Positions 49,090 through 62,552 of a stretch of 64,000 nucleotides of DNA are shown here, in pieces; position 1 is the first letter of the stretch; each line of letters begins with the position of its first letter. Below the pieces are notes generated by a model. The model saw only the letters and a list, made by a program, of their open reading frames with translations, was not told where the DNA came from and ran no database searches. This stretch comes from Lepidodermella squamata. Taxonomy: Eukaryota; Animalia; Gastrotricha. The stretch covers positions 558,001 to 622,000 of the forward strand of contig JBLDXI010000011.1 of assembly GCA_047495785.1 (NCBI GenBank). Reading direction: 5' to 3'. The position numbers and the translations under genes are program-made.

Positions 49090-49834
49090 GATTGTGGACC
49101 AAAAAAAATCAGCTTTCAGCTTTAAAATGTGACGAATGACAACTCGGATTCTGAGGCTGTGCCTAGGCCTGATTAACTCAGCGGGGCAGGTATTTACTTT
49201 TTTTTAGGTGGCTAATGTGTCGCTAATAGCTTTTTTGTTTATTGTAAACAACGCGCACTTGACGTTCGACTTTTCGTGCAATAAAAGTGCGGAAGGCAAT
49301 ATTATATGTGCGCGCGCACTCGCCAAAAGAGGCGAGCGATGAATTTCGGTTTTCATTTTTTCCATTATATTAATTGCAGGCTGGACGATTATGCCCAGCG
49401 GATATGATAGGCAGTAGAATCAGAACGCGCCATCGCATCATCAGGTCCATTCCCAGGAAAAAAAACATTTAAACTCAAAAAGCGCCGCGAAAACATAGGA
49501 GTATTCATTGTGGTACGCCCTACGTGGGAATCTATTAGAATTATATTTAAATTAAGTGTCTTTATGATGCAAAGATGTATTTAACCCGTTCAAGGCCATA
49601 AAGACAATTTCGGAAATTTGTATTTGATGAATCTATGATCTCCCTAGTGAGCAATAATAGTTTTTAACGTTGGCTACAAGACTTTGAAACAATAATACCA
49701 CACATTTCACTCCGCTTCGAAATTATGGCCATTTTGAAACGGGTAGTCATGAAAAATATCGAGTTGTTTCAAATTGAAATGAAGAAAACATAATTTCATC
49801 ATCCGGTCATACAAAAAATACTATTTCGCAAGGC

Positions 49835-50030
49835 ATATCGTCAGCGACGTTGAATAACTCGGATTTTGGCATGTTTACATCCGTTTCAAGGTCACGGGTG
49901 ACAAATAAAAAGCGGCTTTTTAAACGTGAATGAAGAGGCAAAGGAACTTTACTTGTCACCTATCACCTTAAAATGGAAGTAAGCAGGCCTAAATCCGAGT
50001 TATTCAACATTCAATGTCGCTAACGATATT
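49835..50030. repeat. Imperfect inverted repeat (MITE-like)
   Basis: CGTCAGCGACGTTGAATAACTCGGATTT...GGTGACAA versus TTGTCACC...AAATCCGAGTTATTCAAC...GTCGCTAACG. Confidence 0.6.
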
Positions 50031-51399
50031 ATCATGATATGTGTGTCAATTGAAGGACTCAACCAGGACTCAACCAGGACTCAATTGAAAACCCAGAGCA
50101 ACTATTTTTTCACAGATAAAAAAAATCGTTCGCGAAAGGGTCAAATCCGTAAAATCACGTGACCACGTAGCACAATAAGGTCTAAAGGCTATACGGCTGG
50201 TTGGAGGCCATGTGGGAAACATATTATACCGATTCGTTTTTTCGGTCCAGCAGAAAAACCGCGTGGTGACTTTTCACGTGCTCTCCATAGGGCATTAGTC
50301 CCAAGGAAAAAATTGTCTGATTAAATACGAGAAAATCTGTTTTTAGTATTCCCCTGATATTTGCATGGGGTCGGCATCCACAACGCGATTGCGTCCATCG
50401 AGGATTGATTTATAGACGGCTTCTGATGAGATAATGATGAATCATGCTGCTTACCAATTTTTCTCTCAGAGGTGATTGTAGAGGGTTGCCATAAACTAAG
50501 AATACCCGGAGTGAATGAATTTGACAATTAACACATGGTTTAATTAATTAGGAACATTTCCAATGTAAGATACCTCCAAATATACTTTCAATATCACAAT
50601 TTTTGAAATGTAAAATGGGTCGCAAAGGGAGGGTGCATCTCTTATTATCATGTTTGTACTATAAACGCTAATGCTTCTTAATTATAGAGTGCTGTAGGTA
50701 AAAAACTATTGAAATCCGACAGTGAGAGGCTCGAAGGTGTCACACACCGGACGGCATTCGGTCAAAAAGCAACTTTGAAAACGTGACGAAGCTAATTAGA
50801 GTTTCTCAGAGGGTAGGATACAGACGCAGGTAAACACAAAGATCGATATTTTCGGGCTGTTACTCATTTTCTGAAACGTCGTATTACAAGGAAATCCTAA
50901 ATCATTTCCAAATACTCCACACGATTAAGGAATCCATCACCTGGAACACCCACCATTGTAACTCACTCAATTTGGCGTATTAATCGTTTATAGTACAATG
51001 TATCAACACGATCTCGTTCACCAGAGTTTAATGGAGTCCTTTTTGATGGATTTAGTTTCAGTGATCGAGCATGTGACCAAGTTCCCAAAACCGTTGCTAA
51101 GTAAACAGGGTGTAAATTCTCCAATAACGAATTGTTAAATGACTCCCCAAGTACAAACCAGTGTGGAAAATGTCGGAAAGATTTTTTTTATCTAATTCGT
51201 TCATCACTGACGTCTGTGAAAATTGTTAGCAGTCAAATAGTTCTGAAACGGTGTTTACCGGCTTGAGACAGAACTAAGAGACGTGTGATTCCCTTGAGTC
51301 GAAACATCTCACAATCCAACAACCCACGCTACTTCGCCGTCAAAGCTAATTACTTCGTTAAGAAGGCATCAGAAGTCTGTTACGCCGCCATCATTTACG

Positions 51400-54393
51400 A
51401 TGCGGCTCGTTTTTCTGTGCTTGCTACTCTCCCTCCCTTCCGAGGCAAGAAAACCCGTGACGATGAAATTGCTGGAGATTCTACCACTGACCGGCAACTT
51501 GCCTCGAACTGGCTATGAATGCTTCGCTGCGTCTCAAATCCTGGTCGATTTGGTCAACAATCGATCCGATATCCTACCCGACTATCACATCGAGCTAGTT
51601 GCAGGCGATGAGTTCACTGATGGCCAGAAAGAGACCCAAACAGCTCTGACCTTCGCTCGCAGCTTTGAAAACCAAGATTATTCCAACGATCAAGTAGTTA
51701 TGGCACCCCTTGTCATAACTGGGTTCTTCACAACCGGCTGCAAAGCCTTGGCTCGAGTTCTTCACTACATGAACCTCGCCTCGGTTTCAATCGCGTGTTC
51801 CGGCGCGGTGCTGGTCGATAAAACCAAATATCCGAACTTGTACCTGAACCGCATCACGAGTGGCGTAGTCGCCCATGCCCAACTGGCATTCATTCGGTCG
51901 ATCGGCAAATGGCGCCGTATTGCGATCATTGGCTACCTTGGCAATGCGAACGACTACGGCACGGCTGAGGCGATGCTGAAATCGGCGCTTCAGAACAACG
52001 TTTCAGTCGCCTACTACGATGCTGTCCTCGATTTCGATGATCCATCCACTATGTTAGCGCTCAAACGGAGCGATGCGAGAATTATTGTCACTTGGACAAG
52101 CCAGGTTAGTGTATGATTTTATGAATTCAGATGAACAGTGGTGATCGGTGAAGTAGGATAGCCCCAGGGCCCTAATCGAGGGGAGCTCACAAGCTAACAG
52201 CCCATTTTTTCTAATGTACTTATGCAACCAGTTTCACGCACTACCACGATTTCTGTCTGGTCCGTTGTTTCACGTGATTCTTAAAAAATCAGCCCATGCG
52301 CGGTTTTGCACGATCACAGACGACAAATTACCTTACATCTATCGCAGTAATAAAGCTAATTATTAGTCTGAACCCATCGAGCAAAAGTAAATAGACTTGA
52401 GCTACTTTCTCAAGAGCCCGTGACTTAAGTGGGCGTTTCGGCATTCGTAAATTGTCAAATTTACCTGAAGCCAGCGTGTCATTTTTCTTAGACCCGTGAG
52501 TCTGGTAGGAAATAAGCGGGCGATCTGGGGTAAGCTAATGAGACACGGCCTCACCACGCATTTTGATTCTTTACTTTAACGTTCTAATTAAGCCTTGGAA
52601 GGCGCGAGAAGTGAAATTTGAGGCAGGGAAGATGGAAGCCCGAGTCATGAGGAGAACTTAATTCAATATATTTTAGGATGAGTCAGATCTGAAAAATAGG
52701 AATCCAAAAAATAAAATCCCCGAACTATTTGATAAATAGAAAATAACAAGTTCTTTAGAAACCAGAGGGAAATGAATCAAATGTGTTACAGGTATCTACC
52801 CAGCGCCAGTTTCTTTGTGAAGCCTATCACCACGGTCTCACTGGTAGCCGCTATGTCTTCGTGATGTTCCAGTCCATCCTGGTCGAGGCGAAATCACTAC
52901 CAGACCCTGTTCTACCCGGCTGCAGTCGGGCTGTTCTACTCGAGCAGTACAAATACACGATTGGCTTCGGGAACCCTCAACTACCAGCCGATAGAAGTGC
53001 CCCATCCTTACTCGGCCTTGATGCGAATGCTTTCGACTTGATTTTCGATGAAGCGACCAAAAGCGCAAGAGGTTTTGACTACGCCTCCCGTTTCCAATGT
53101 CATGACGGAGCAGCTACGGCTCTCATGGCCATGGATGCAGCGGATCGGTACTTGAAACGAATTTCAAATCAAACTTTGATCACTGCGAGTCGAGACGAGG
53201 TAATGGCAGCAGTAAATTCTTCAATAGCCGCTACTGATTACGTTGGACTTCGATTAGGTAGAATGAGGTACTCTCGAGAGTCAGGCGAGCTAGCGACAGA
53301 TTACACGACTCTGACGTATCTGGGTGACAGCTCCAAGGGTTCAGTCACTCTGGGCGCAGTTCGACAGCGCCCGGACACCTCAGGCCGGCTGAATGATGAC
53401 TACGAGGTTAGATTGACTGTGAAAGTGCCTTGGCTCACAAAGAACGGCCAACCGCCCCGCGATTCTTCACTGGTAATCCGCAGTACATCCTCGGTTCCGA
53501 TAAGTGTTTTCGGAGTTGTAGTCACCCTGAATGGACTTTCAGTTATCTACGCTCTTATTGGGATCTTCAGGGCTTTGAAAAATACAGCTGACCCTACTTC
53601 GATATTCAGATCGATCTATTTCGACGACGCGCATTTCAGGATCAATCTAAGCTGTATCATTCTGAGCATAGCATCGATTTTGTTTTCCCTGCCAGAGAAT
53701 CGATTGAATTTGGCAATTTTATCGCATTTCAGGACTATCTTTCTAGTTTTAGGCGTATTTGGCCTAACATCAACAACTTTTGCGAAATTAATGTGTAGCT
53801 ACCGAGTTGCGACATCGGAAGCTGCGAAAATGCGCAGCAGAACTTCGACCAGTCAATTTCGATCTACACCGCATCAATCACTGCGCAACATACACAACGT
53901 GTTGAAATCTGCGAAAAATTCCAACTCGAAGGTTACAGTGATTTCCGGTCCCATTTTTCTAACTGGAATAATCATTTTGATAGCTTGGCTGATTACTGAT
54001 CCATTAATTTGCCTGACCTTTAATGGAAATCCCGATTTCCACCCTGAAATAGATACTTACTATCGAAATGTTGTCGATATTTGCTTTTCGGCCAATCAAT
54101 CTTCTTGGATTATCGCTCTTCTCGCAATTAACCTCCTTACATTGATTTCCGGTTGCTTTCTGGTCTTCGACATCAAAATGCGAGGTCTGCAGGGGGTGAT
54201 ACCGAGATTCGGCGCAATGGCGACATCGCTTACAAATTCGCTAACGATTTTGCCGATATCGATTGCTGTCGTGATTTTGCTGAAAAATTACACGGAGAAA
54301 GACATAGCTATCGCATTTGCAACGATGTGGCTAGGATTCAGCACCAGCGTAATTTGGAACCGCAACGTTTTTCGTAAAGTTCACCCGGCATGA
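51400..54393 (+). CDS. Class C GPCR-like receptor (GABA-B-like), 2 exons (51400-52104, 52792-54393)
   Basis: Signal peptide, VNNRSDILPDY, DKTKYPNLY, KWRRIAII, SDARII, LCEAYHHGLTGSRYVF, WLTKNGQPPRD, 7TM with WLITDP; phase-0 GT-AG intron. Confidence 0.87.
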
Positions 54394-54405
54394 ATAACTG
54401 ATGAT

Positions 54406-55855
54406 TTAAATTCTCAAAATGATCATTGTAAAAATTATTAACAACTGCGAATAAATTGGTCTGAGACTCTTGTTCCTAGGTGATTTGAAGTAATCAGCTG
54501 GTCCGAGTTTCCACAGCCATTTTTGATGAGGATTGGTAGAATCGCACGATGTCACCCATAGAATCTCGCTATCCTTAGCTTCGACACATTTTCCCAATTT
54601 TTTGTTGAAAATTGATTTGTCCTGCGAAAAATTAAGGATATAAAAATCAATTAATGGAGTATAGGAATCTAACTGGTCGAAATTCAAATTTTGATAGCTC
54701 ATCGTCGATATCACACGAGCCCGCTTGAACCAGATCACCAGAGATTTTCCAACACACATTGTCACGTCGAATCATGGCTGTGCTTTCTGAGAGATACCAC
54801 TTTTGAGCATCTGGAAAGCGTGAAATTTACTATGAAATCTGTAAGGATGTGACCCAGCTTACATTTCGACGAGCAGCTCACTTGCCCAACCCAATTAGAC
54901 CCGACTACAATCTCGAGACATTTCCCTGTGCCCTTGTTTTTGATAGGGCCAGAATTTTTCACTCTAATTGGGTCGAAACCTTCCGGAAACACTGTCTCCA
55001 TGTACCATGAGAAAGACTTACACCTCAAATTGTTTCTTAATTCTTTTCGAGCAGTAACATTCACGTCGTAGTTAACAGGAATCCATGGGATGACTTCCTT
55101 ATAGAAATACCATCGGTAGTCATCCATCCAAACCTCGGCCAATCTGACGTTGTTTTGAATGAAAGACAGCTTGGATGCCGAGTAGGGATGAGCGTGTGGG
55201 AAAATTCTTGGTAAAGGCCGCAGGGCTGAGTAGATGTGACCTATCCTACTGCATGGTAAGATTTCTAAACGACCACCACACATCCAGACTTTGAGGCTGA
55301 TTTCCAGATTTTCAGTACCCCAAACTTCGAAACCAGGGTCGTAACGGCCGAGTTTCTCGAAAAAATCGCGACGGATGGCGAAATGGCCACCTAGCATTGT
55401 CGGACTTTCGAAAGGATCGGCTGGACTTTTCCTAGATTTTTTCCTCCATTCAGCCATCTAAAATGTAAGATATGTCTCAACTAAGTATAGCTGCAAAATT
55501 TTACACAGAAATTGGTTAAACTAGTTTTCCGAAAGTTAATCAGCAAGTAGGAAATTATCTTAATCCCATCTCTATTGTGAGCTCTGACTACATTCTACCC
55601 CAACTTAACCTGCTACCAAACCATAACCATAACCGTAACCGTAAGCGCTAATCCTAATCCTAATCCTAACCTCTGGTTAGGCCTAACCCTTACCCAGACT
55701 CTAACCCTAACCCCTATCCTAATCCTAACCTTAACCCCAAGTTTAACTCTATCACCTATCCTCCGCCCTCTAACCACATCCCTTCCCTTTTTTCTTAGTC
55801 CTAAAGCTAGCTAGCTCCTAAAGCTGATTTTTGGATGAATTGATAAACTACAACT

Positions 55856-55903
<48 letters not shown>

Positions 55904-56765
55904 AGTTGTATATATTCAAACTCACTTTAAAATGGTCGAAAAGTAGATAAAGTCCATAATCGAATCCCCAAATTTTGCTCTCAGCATCGCTGCTATGAAA
56001 CTGCATCGTCCCAGAATCGATCATGTCAACAACCGGCGAAACAAGAACTTTCGGATCCACCCAAATCCTCTCAAGTAACGGCTCGAGCCAACCTGGCGTC
56101 ACCTCAATATGGCTATCCAAAAACAGCAGAACGTCGCCCTTCGCCTTTTCTGCAACAAAGTTATGCGCCCTAATCAAACCCATCCGCTCCTCGGCTCTAA
56201 ACAACTTGACCATTGGTAAATTGCTTCGAAGATAAGTTTCCAGAGGTGACTTTAAGAAGTCGAAGGTGGACATATCGTCGAATAAAATGATTTCTTCGAT
56301 CAACTCAGGAGGAGATCGGTCAACAACAGAGTGGATAGATCTCAGCAAAACAGACCAAGCTTCATTGTGGAAACACATCAAAATCGAAGCTTTAGGCAAC
56401 TGGTCCAATCGATATCGATTCGATTTACAATCCTCGTGCCTGTAGTCTGGTAAGGACCGGTGGAAAGACATTGCATCTGATGCGAATCGTGAGAAGAAAT
56501 GAGTGAAAATTCCCTCGGTGTATCTCCGCATATCAACTCGATCTAAACGCCATTTATCAATTGTAACTCCATCGCCGTTTTTCCCATGTAAATCAGGCAC
56601 GTCTATCGATTGGTTGTAAGGGTCGTGCAGTAAGAAATGTTGCCGTTCTTGCTGCTGAAGCGATATCCATTCGATGACAGCCTGGGGTAGGTAGTACAGC
56701 CATACTGCGATGATTAGGATGAGCAGCTTAATTAGCCGACGGCGTGTTGATAATTGAAAAAGCAT
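54406..56765 (-). CDS. GALNT: Polypeptide N-acetylgalactosaminyltransferase (GT27) with ricin-type lectin domain; exons approx. 56765-55926, 55457-54863, 54810-54674, 54622-54406
   Basis: N-terminal TM, RSLPDYR, FHNEAWSVLLRS, EIILFDD, FLDSH (DxH), WLEPLL, YDPGFEVWGTENLEISLKVWMCGG, PCSRIGH, AEVWMDDY, LRCKSFSWY, CLE...QKW repeats. Confidence 0.93.
55600..55775. repeat. Degenerate (CCTAAC/CCTAAT)n telomere-like tract in GALNT intron
   Basis: AACCATAACCATAACCGTAACCGT...CTAATCCTAATCCTAATCCTAACC...CTAACCCTAACCCC. Confidence 0.7.
55849..55910. repeat. (TA)n microsatellite inside a perfect palindrome
   Basis: TACAACTGG-(TA)n-CCAGTTGTA. Confidence 0.9.
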
Positions 56766-57192
56766 GGCTTTTACTTGCAACACGCAACACGGCTGCAACA
56801 TGCCATGTGCTGCTCATGTTATTAGTGAGCTATTCTTCTTCACGTTGTTATTTATTATATTGTTTTTATGCGTTGATGTTAAAATTTTGCTCATGGCACT
56901 GCACTAAAACTGTGATGCTGCCAATGTTTACCATTTACCAAACCGAAGCTGGATGCAAGCAAATATTGCATGCTGATGAGAGTTGCCTTTTAATCAAGTC
57001 AGCGCGTGAGCTGAACAACTTTCGAAATTGTATTGCTTGTGGTAATGTTTTTCCAGATTTCTCCAAAATTTTCTATAATGTATGCTTACAAGTACCTATG
57101 TACAACACTAAGAATTGACTGGGAGCAGCATACAACAACAAGGTAATAAAAAATTTGGATCATTCTCCCGTTTTGGTTAATGTATTAACACC

Positions 57193-57539
57193 CTAGCTAT
57201 GAGTTCTCAGGGACTCCGAAGGGAACACACTATAGGCCACTATGACTACTTTATAGCTATGTAGAGTATGTTGGCTGTTTAGGTTACTGGTTACTAGTAG
57301 GCGGTAGGGTACGGACCGATTCCAGACCGGCCAGGTACATTTTGGTTCTCGCTGTTCGACAGATTTTTGGGTAGAGCAGTGTAATAATAGGCCTTCCATA
57401 AGGTCCCCAAGACTAATACCCTAGTCCCGGAGGTTTCCTGAGAGATACCTGCCGATATTCCTTTTTCAATTATAACGAAGCTATTCCAAAATTCTCCAAG
57501 CATATGGATTTTAAAAGTCATAATAACCAGGCATAACAA
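57193..57539 (-). mobile_element. Possible degenerate LINE reverse-transcriptase fragment
   Basis: ISAGISQ...LGTLWKAYY and VIVAY resemble RT GVPQGS.LGP.LW and YADD regions; weak. Confidence 0.25.
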
Positions 57540-58198
57540 GACATTGGAGTCGTTCTGATTGAATTAACCGGACGTCTTGCGCGACTGCCAACTAGTTACG
57601 GTTTTATTTAAACCTTCTATAAAGCTAGCTAGATTTTGTACAGTTTTTAAGAACGTTTTTCCGATAAGCGATGCTATTATTGCACATAACATTCAAGCTA
57701 GGGTTGACAGCCTCCTGGATGTAAAATGTTTACGGACTTAAAAGTCGGTTTTGGGTTTATGGCAAAAATAGCGAGGTAAACAGGTTCGGCAGTCTGCGGA
57801 ATCGCCTCATGCCGAAAATCATGCCGAAAATGACCGAAAGCGCGAGCAGGACTGTGACGCTGTAAACAGGCCTGTCTGCCATTCGAGCGAGCTTAAGATT
57901 TGAATTTCAGCGAAAATTTGCGATTATCTGTCAATTAAATCGCATTCTGAAATTCGAAACTTCAAAAGCCTCAGCGTTGGTGAAAGTTATTGACAATCGT
58001 TGGGTGTCACCGCACTGCTTGAGAATTAGAAAATGCGAGAATTCGATAAAGCTCACTGTTCACTTATTTACTAATCAAGGTTGCTTCTTCAATAATCTAA
58101 TTCTTCTCCACTATATCATAGGTTTTCTAGTGTAAAAACAAAGCTGTTATTAGCACGGTCGGTTGTTTTTGAAAGTACGGCAAGGTTCCAGTGTCACT

Positions 58199-59236
58199 TC
58201 ACGGAGTGCGGCACGTCTCAAAATTGATGCCATAGGCATTTCCTGTTCCATATGTTACCGGATTCGGCGATAGTAACATGCAGCATTGTAGGTACGATAA
58301 TGCTTCAAATGTTGAGCCTTTTGTTGTCTAAAACGATATGAAAAAACATCAATAAAAAATTCATCTTAGATAGAAATCTACCAATGTGGGAGGGGCATCA
58401 GCTGTCCCAATTATTGAGGTGTAAGGGAAGCGAAAACATAATGAACTTTTGGTTCCATCCATGTTTGTCACAGTTTGTATTGGGTATGGGCTTTTAGCGT
58501 CGGATGAATCTGTTCCAATGCACGCCATTACCGGCGGGGAGCCAGGAATTATCTCGTAGGTTATATCTTTAGCTCCCTTCGCAGCAGTGCAACAGTCGGC
58601 GAATGTCGAGAACGAATTTGATGCTGCGGAAGATGGCTGAAAAAAACATTCAAGTTGGCAAGCGGATTATACATATAGTTATCAAGTAATTGTTACCCCT
58701 GCTCCGCTTGTCAGGACTGAATTGCATGCCCCAGTGTTCGCCATGCAGAATTTAACATTAAATACTCGCCGTGGCCCTGTTGTCTGTGTCTGAAAAATCT
58801 CGCACAACTTGTAGGTGGCCTGTAGTTCAACAGCAATTCACAGTCAATAACATTTCTGGTTAAGAGGGCTGACTAAAATTACCGGGCTCGTGCAAGTTTG
58901 ATCGCCAGGACAAGAATTTTCCGACAAGCCAATGCACTTTTACGAAGATAAATCGCAAACATTGGCGGTCGGCGTGCAAGTTTGGCCACTCGGACAAGAG
59001 CCACCCTTCGCCACGCAACTGCTGGTGGCTGCGTCGCATACGTTAGCTGCTGCAACGCAGGATGATCCAGAATTGCAAGGGTTCGATGTGGTATAACAGG
59101 CTTGGCCATTCGGGCAGGTTCCAGGCGATTCAGAGGCTGTTGCCGATCGCGGACAGGAGGTTGTCGATGATGCTGGGCAAGCTGTAGCAGCAGAGCATGC
59201 CGCAGCCAGAAGAGCGAGCTGATTAAGATATTGCAT
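58199..59236 (-). pseudogene. Cys-rich family member CR3 with a nonsense codon in exon 1
   Basis: Signal peptide MQYLNQLALLAAACSAATA; TAA at 58940-58942 where CR4 has AAA; downstream exons intact (VKFC, FADCC, LCFRFPYT, YLQCC, YGINFETC). Confidence 0.75.
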
Positions 59237-59564
59237 GGCTTCGAGTAAGTCTGAAGATGAAACGTCGAAAGCAGCCTGTGCTCGATCGCTTAAATACCAT
59301 AGTTTTGTCCGAATCTCGGGACAAAATTTGCAGTTCGCACTCGAGATGAAGTGTCGTGATGAACTTGGAACGACGTGACGACCGTCACAGCTGGTTGCGT
59401 TTGAGAGGCGGGCAGGCGTTCGACGCGGCCAGTCCAGCTAACGATCGTCAAATGCATACGCCTGTCTTGCATCAACCCAGTGATCCCAGCCGCATCCATA
59501 TAGCAATGAATGGCAGCAGAGATAGTCATTAGCCTCTTCTACAGCCATGAATGTAAAAAACTCA

Positions 59565-59770
59565 CGGCTATGATATAGGCGAAGTCAGAAAAGCACGTAA
59601 AAACATCGAATAATAAGTTTAGATACGGTGGTGAGATATCCAAGCTATTGTGCGCTCGGCTTGCCCGAAGATAATTAGCAGCGAAACATTAACAAAAAAC
59701 ACATAGTGTTTGCTGCGTTATAGCATTGAATCACAGACAAATAGTAAGAAGCTGCGCACTCACGTTTAGC
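59565..59770. repeat. Upstream repeat of the CR3/CR4 duplication unit; further copies at ~61205-61420 and ~63845-64000
   Basis: AGCACGTAAA(A)ACATC.AAT.A...TAGATAC.GT.G.GAGATA...GCTA/GTGTGCGCTCG shared by all three. Confidence 0.8.
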
Positions 59771-62552
59771 TAATACTGCCGAATGCAAGAATTTTGTTTC
59801 ATTCGCGCATACTTTGTTTGTGGCCTCACTGCAAGGTCAATTATTTTCATGTTGCGGAGATAAACTTCACAATCTATTGTGAATTTTCATTCTCTATTCA
59901 TCCATCTAAATGTCGAAGCTGTATAGCATACAAATTTCGCCGAAAACTCTGCATCGATCATATTGGGATCATTTTGGAACATGAGCTGGCGCAGATTGAA
60001 ACGCAGGCTGTCAACGTTTTGTGGTCGCCTTTCGATTTCGTGGTGGCGCAGGTCTTGGCTTCACATCTGCAGGTTGGAAATCAGCCATCGTAAAGTGCGC
60101 CCAAGAAATTTAGGCTACAGTTTTTCGCCTACCATTCCATCAATTCGAGGAGATATTCCTGGAGGCTACATCCGCTCGAAAGAAGATTCTCGCCTGTTTT
60201 TCTCTCGCTCGATGTTGCGAGCAGTGAAAGCGAATTGGCAGAGTGTTAAAACTACCGGGCCGCGGTTGCTGAGGCAACCTTCGCCGCAGTCTATTTGGAA
60301 TCTCGGAAGTTTGAAGGCGCCTCGAAGTCGGCTGGGCTCAGTTTGATGAACAGTGATAGACGCGATGCCGTCCGATGATTCATTAATGAAATTTTATTTA
60401 TATTTAAATTTAAACGATTCATATATTTATTTTTTCGGCGACTAAACAACACTTTTTGAATCGAGGTAGTCCGAAATGGTGATCATTTGATGAATTGCTG
60501 AAATAAAGCATTTACAATAAAGCGTATGATCATAACCCGGCAGCGAATTTCACATGTTAACGCGGAATTTTAACGAAAAATCTCAGTTTTGAAATTGTCA
60601 GAATTTCATTAGCATACTACGTGTGAACCCGTATGATGCATCCAGTGCGTGAAGTAGGATTGTCGAACTAGGGGGTATTTTCGGGCCCAAAGTTTATGAC
60701 CAAAGGGTCCCCCCTGTTGTTTTTTTTGGGATTTTCCACTTTGGCCTTGTGAACTAGGGGGTACGATACCCCTCATCCCCACTGGATGCATCCGAATGAT
60801 ACGTGGAAACACATTTTTCGCCTAACCCGTATACACATTCAGTCAAACACGTCGCCTGATAGCTAAAGAGTTAACTTGAAGAATTTTTGTATGTTATATT
60901 TAAAAGCGGAATAATTTGTCGCTATTGTAAGATTTGAAACAATCATACCCATGCAAATTGTTTAGTTTTTAACGCTCTACACGATGGTGTCAAGCCGCAG
61001 TGAGAAATCGCTATTTTTTCTTTGTAAATCAGCGAAAAATGTGCAACATTTCTTTTTATGGCCTCCTAATACCCCATATTACGGCAACCCACCCCCAAAT
61101 TGAAAAGGCTAGATAAACCCTTGCGTCAACGTAGTGTCAAGCTAGGCAAGCATCTATTGCAATTGATGGCAACAATTATTAGATTTTCTTAATCCATGAA
61201 AAGCCATGACAATGATATACCTAGCTCATGTCAGCTATAGCACGTAAAAACATCGAATAATAAGTATAGATACCGTGGGGAGATATCCAAGCTGGTGCGC
61301 GCTCGTCTTGCACGAAGGCAATTAGCTGCGAAATACATTGACAAAACACCTAAAATACTGTGTTTGCTGCGTTATTGCATTGAATAACTCACAAATGAAG
61401 TAATTAACTGCACACTCGCCATTTTTAATAATGTTGTAATCGAAGATTTTTTTTTCAAACGCCAGTACTCAGTTCTACCGGTCAGAAGCCGGAAAACTTA
61501 TCAAGCCGACTCGCAAACACTTTGATTACCATCAGGAAGCAAAAGGCGAAAAAAAATCAGTTGAGCCTGAAATCCAGCAGGCTGAAACCATGATGAACGA
61601 ATTGATCATCATGCGGTCCAGTTATGGCACAAAACGGATCAACCTCGGAGAACCAGCCATCCTAATCCTAATTTGGCGCAGATTCATCATCAGATTTTGC
61701 TAATTAACAATTTCATACAATATTTGCATCGGGATTCGAGACCAGCTTGAACCGAAGCGACCTCGTCCCTACAAGGTGACTACATCGCATCTACTTTCCG
61801 AGTAGTCCTTATAAAGGAAAAGAAACCGCCTGTTGATCATTGATCAGCTTGGACTCGATGAAGATCAAGGCGGGCCTCTTGACCTGGTCGTTTCAGATGG
61901 CGAAGAAACTGAGTTGAGCGAGGAAGAGCAGGGCTAAGATTAATTACTGTTTTCTTTATGTTTTGATTCTACTTGTTACTAGCTTTCACCTCTGAGATGT
62001 TCTTATATTGACGAAATTAAAAGCATTTTACGAATCGATCTCTCTGTTAGTTTAACTTGTTACTACAAGGTCACGAAATAGTTTCAAAAATAATCATTTT
62101 AATTTAAAATTGTTGAAAGATTACGAAATGTTCTGTTACGAATTTGCGAGGACTTGCTATTCACCATTTAATTTAAGAATTGGTTCGCGGCATGGAAGTG
62201 CCAAAGCGATCCTTATGATGTCTTAAACTGGCATTTGATTCGAGGAGTTCTGGAGCAATTTCGGACAACTCCTGCGAAAAACGATTGGTAGCTTTTTTGG
62301 ATTATGGACTTTTCAAGAAAATGGCGGAATTCGACAATTGTTTCGGTTCGCAACAACACATTAATTTGATTTGTTAGAAGTTAGAATAAGCTAAAAATTC
62401 GACAAAACCCACTTGTCACCTGTCAACAATTCTTTATTGTCCGGATGTAAGCGAAATTTTACTTAGGGCATGATGCCTACTGCAATATGTATTTTTGAAT
62501 TAAGAAAAAAGCTGTTTTAAAATTCGGCAGCAGCATCCAGTCAAGTGTCGCT

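Noticed and set aside
49581-50145. piggyBac-like element (TTAACCC...GGGTCAA)
   Set aside because: Terminal match too weak and the right TTAA is imperfect
55600-55775. True telomere
   Set aside because: Short, degenerate and intronic; more likely part of a repeat element
59794-61940. ORFs 59794-60346 and acidic fragments near 61440-61940 as genes or transposase
   Set aside because: No recognisable motifs and frames are broken; a product cannot be supported
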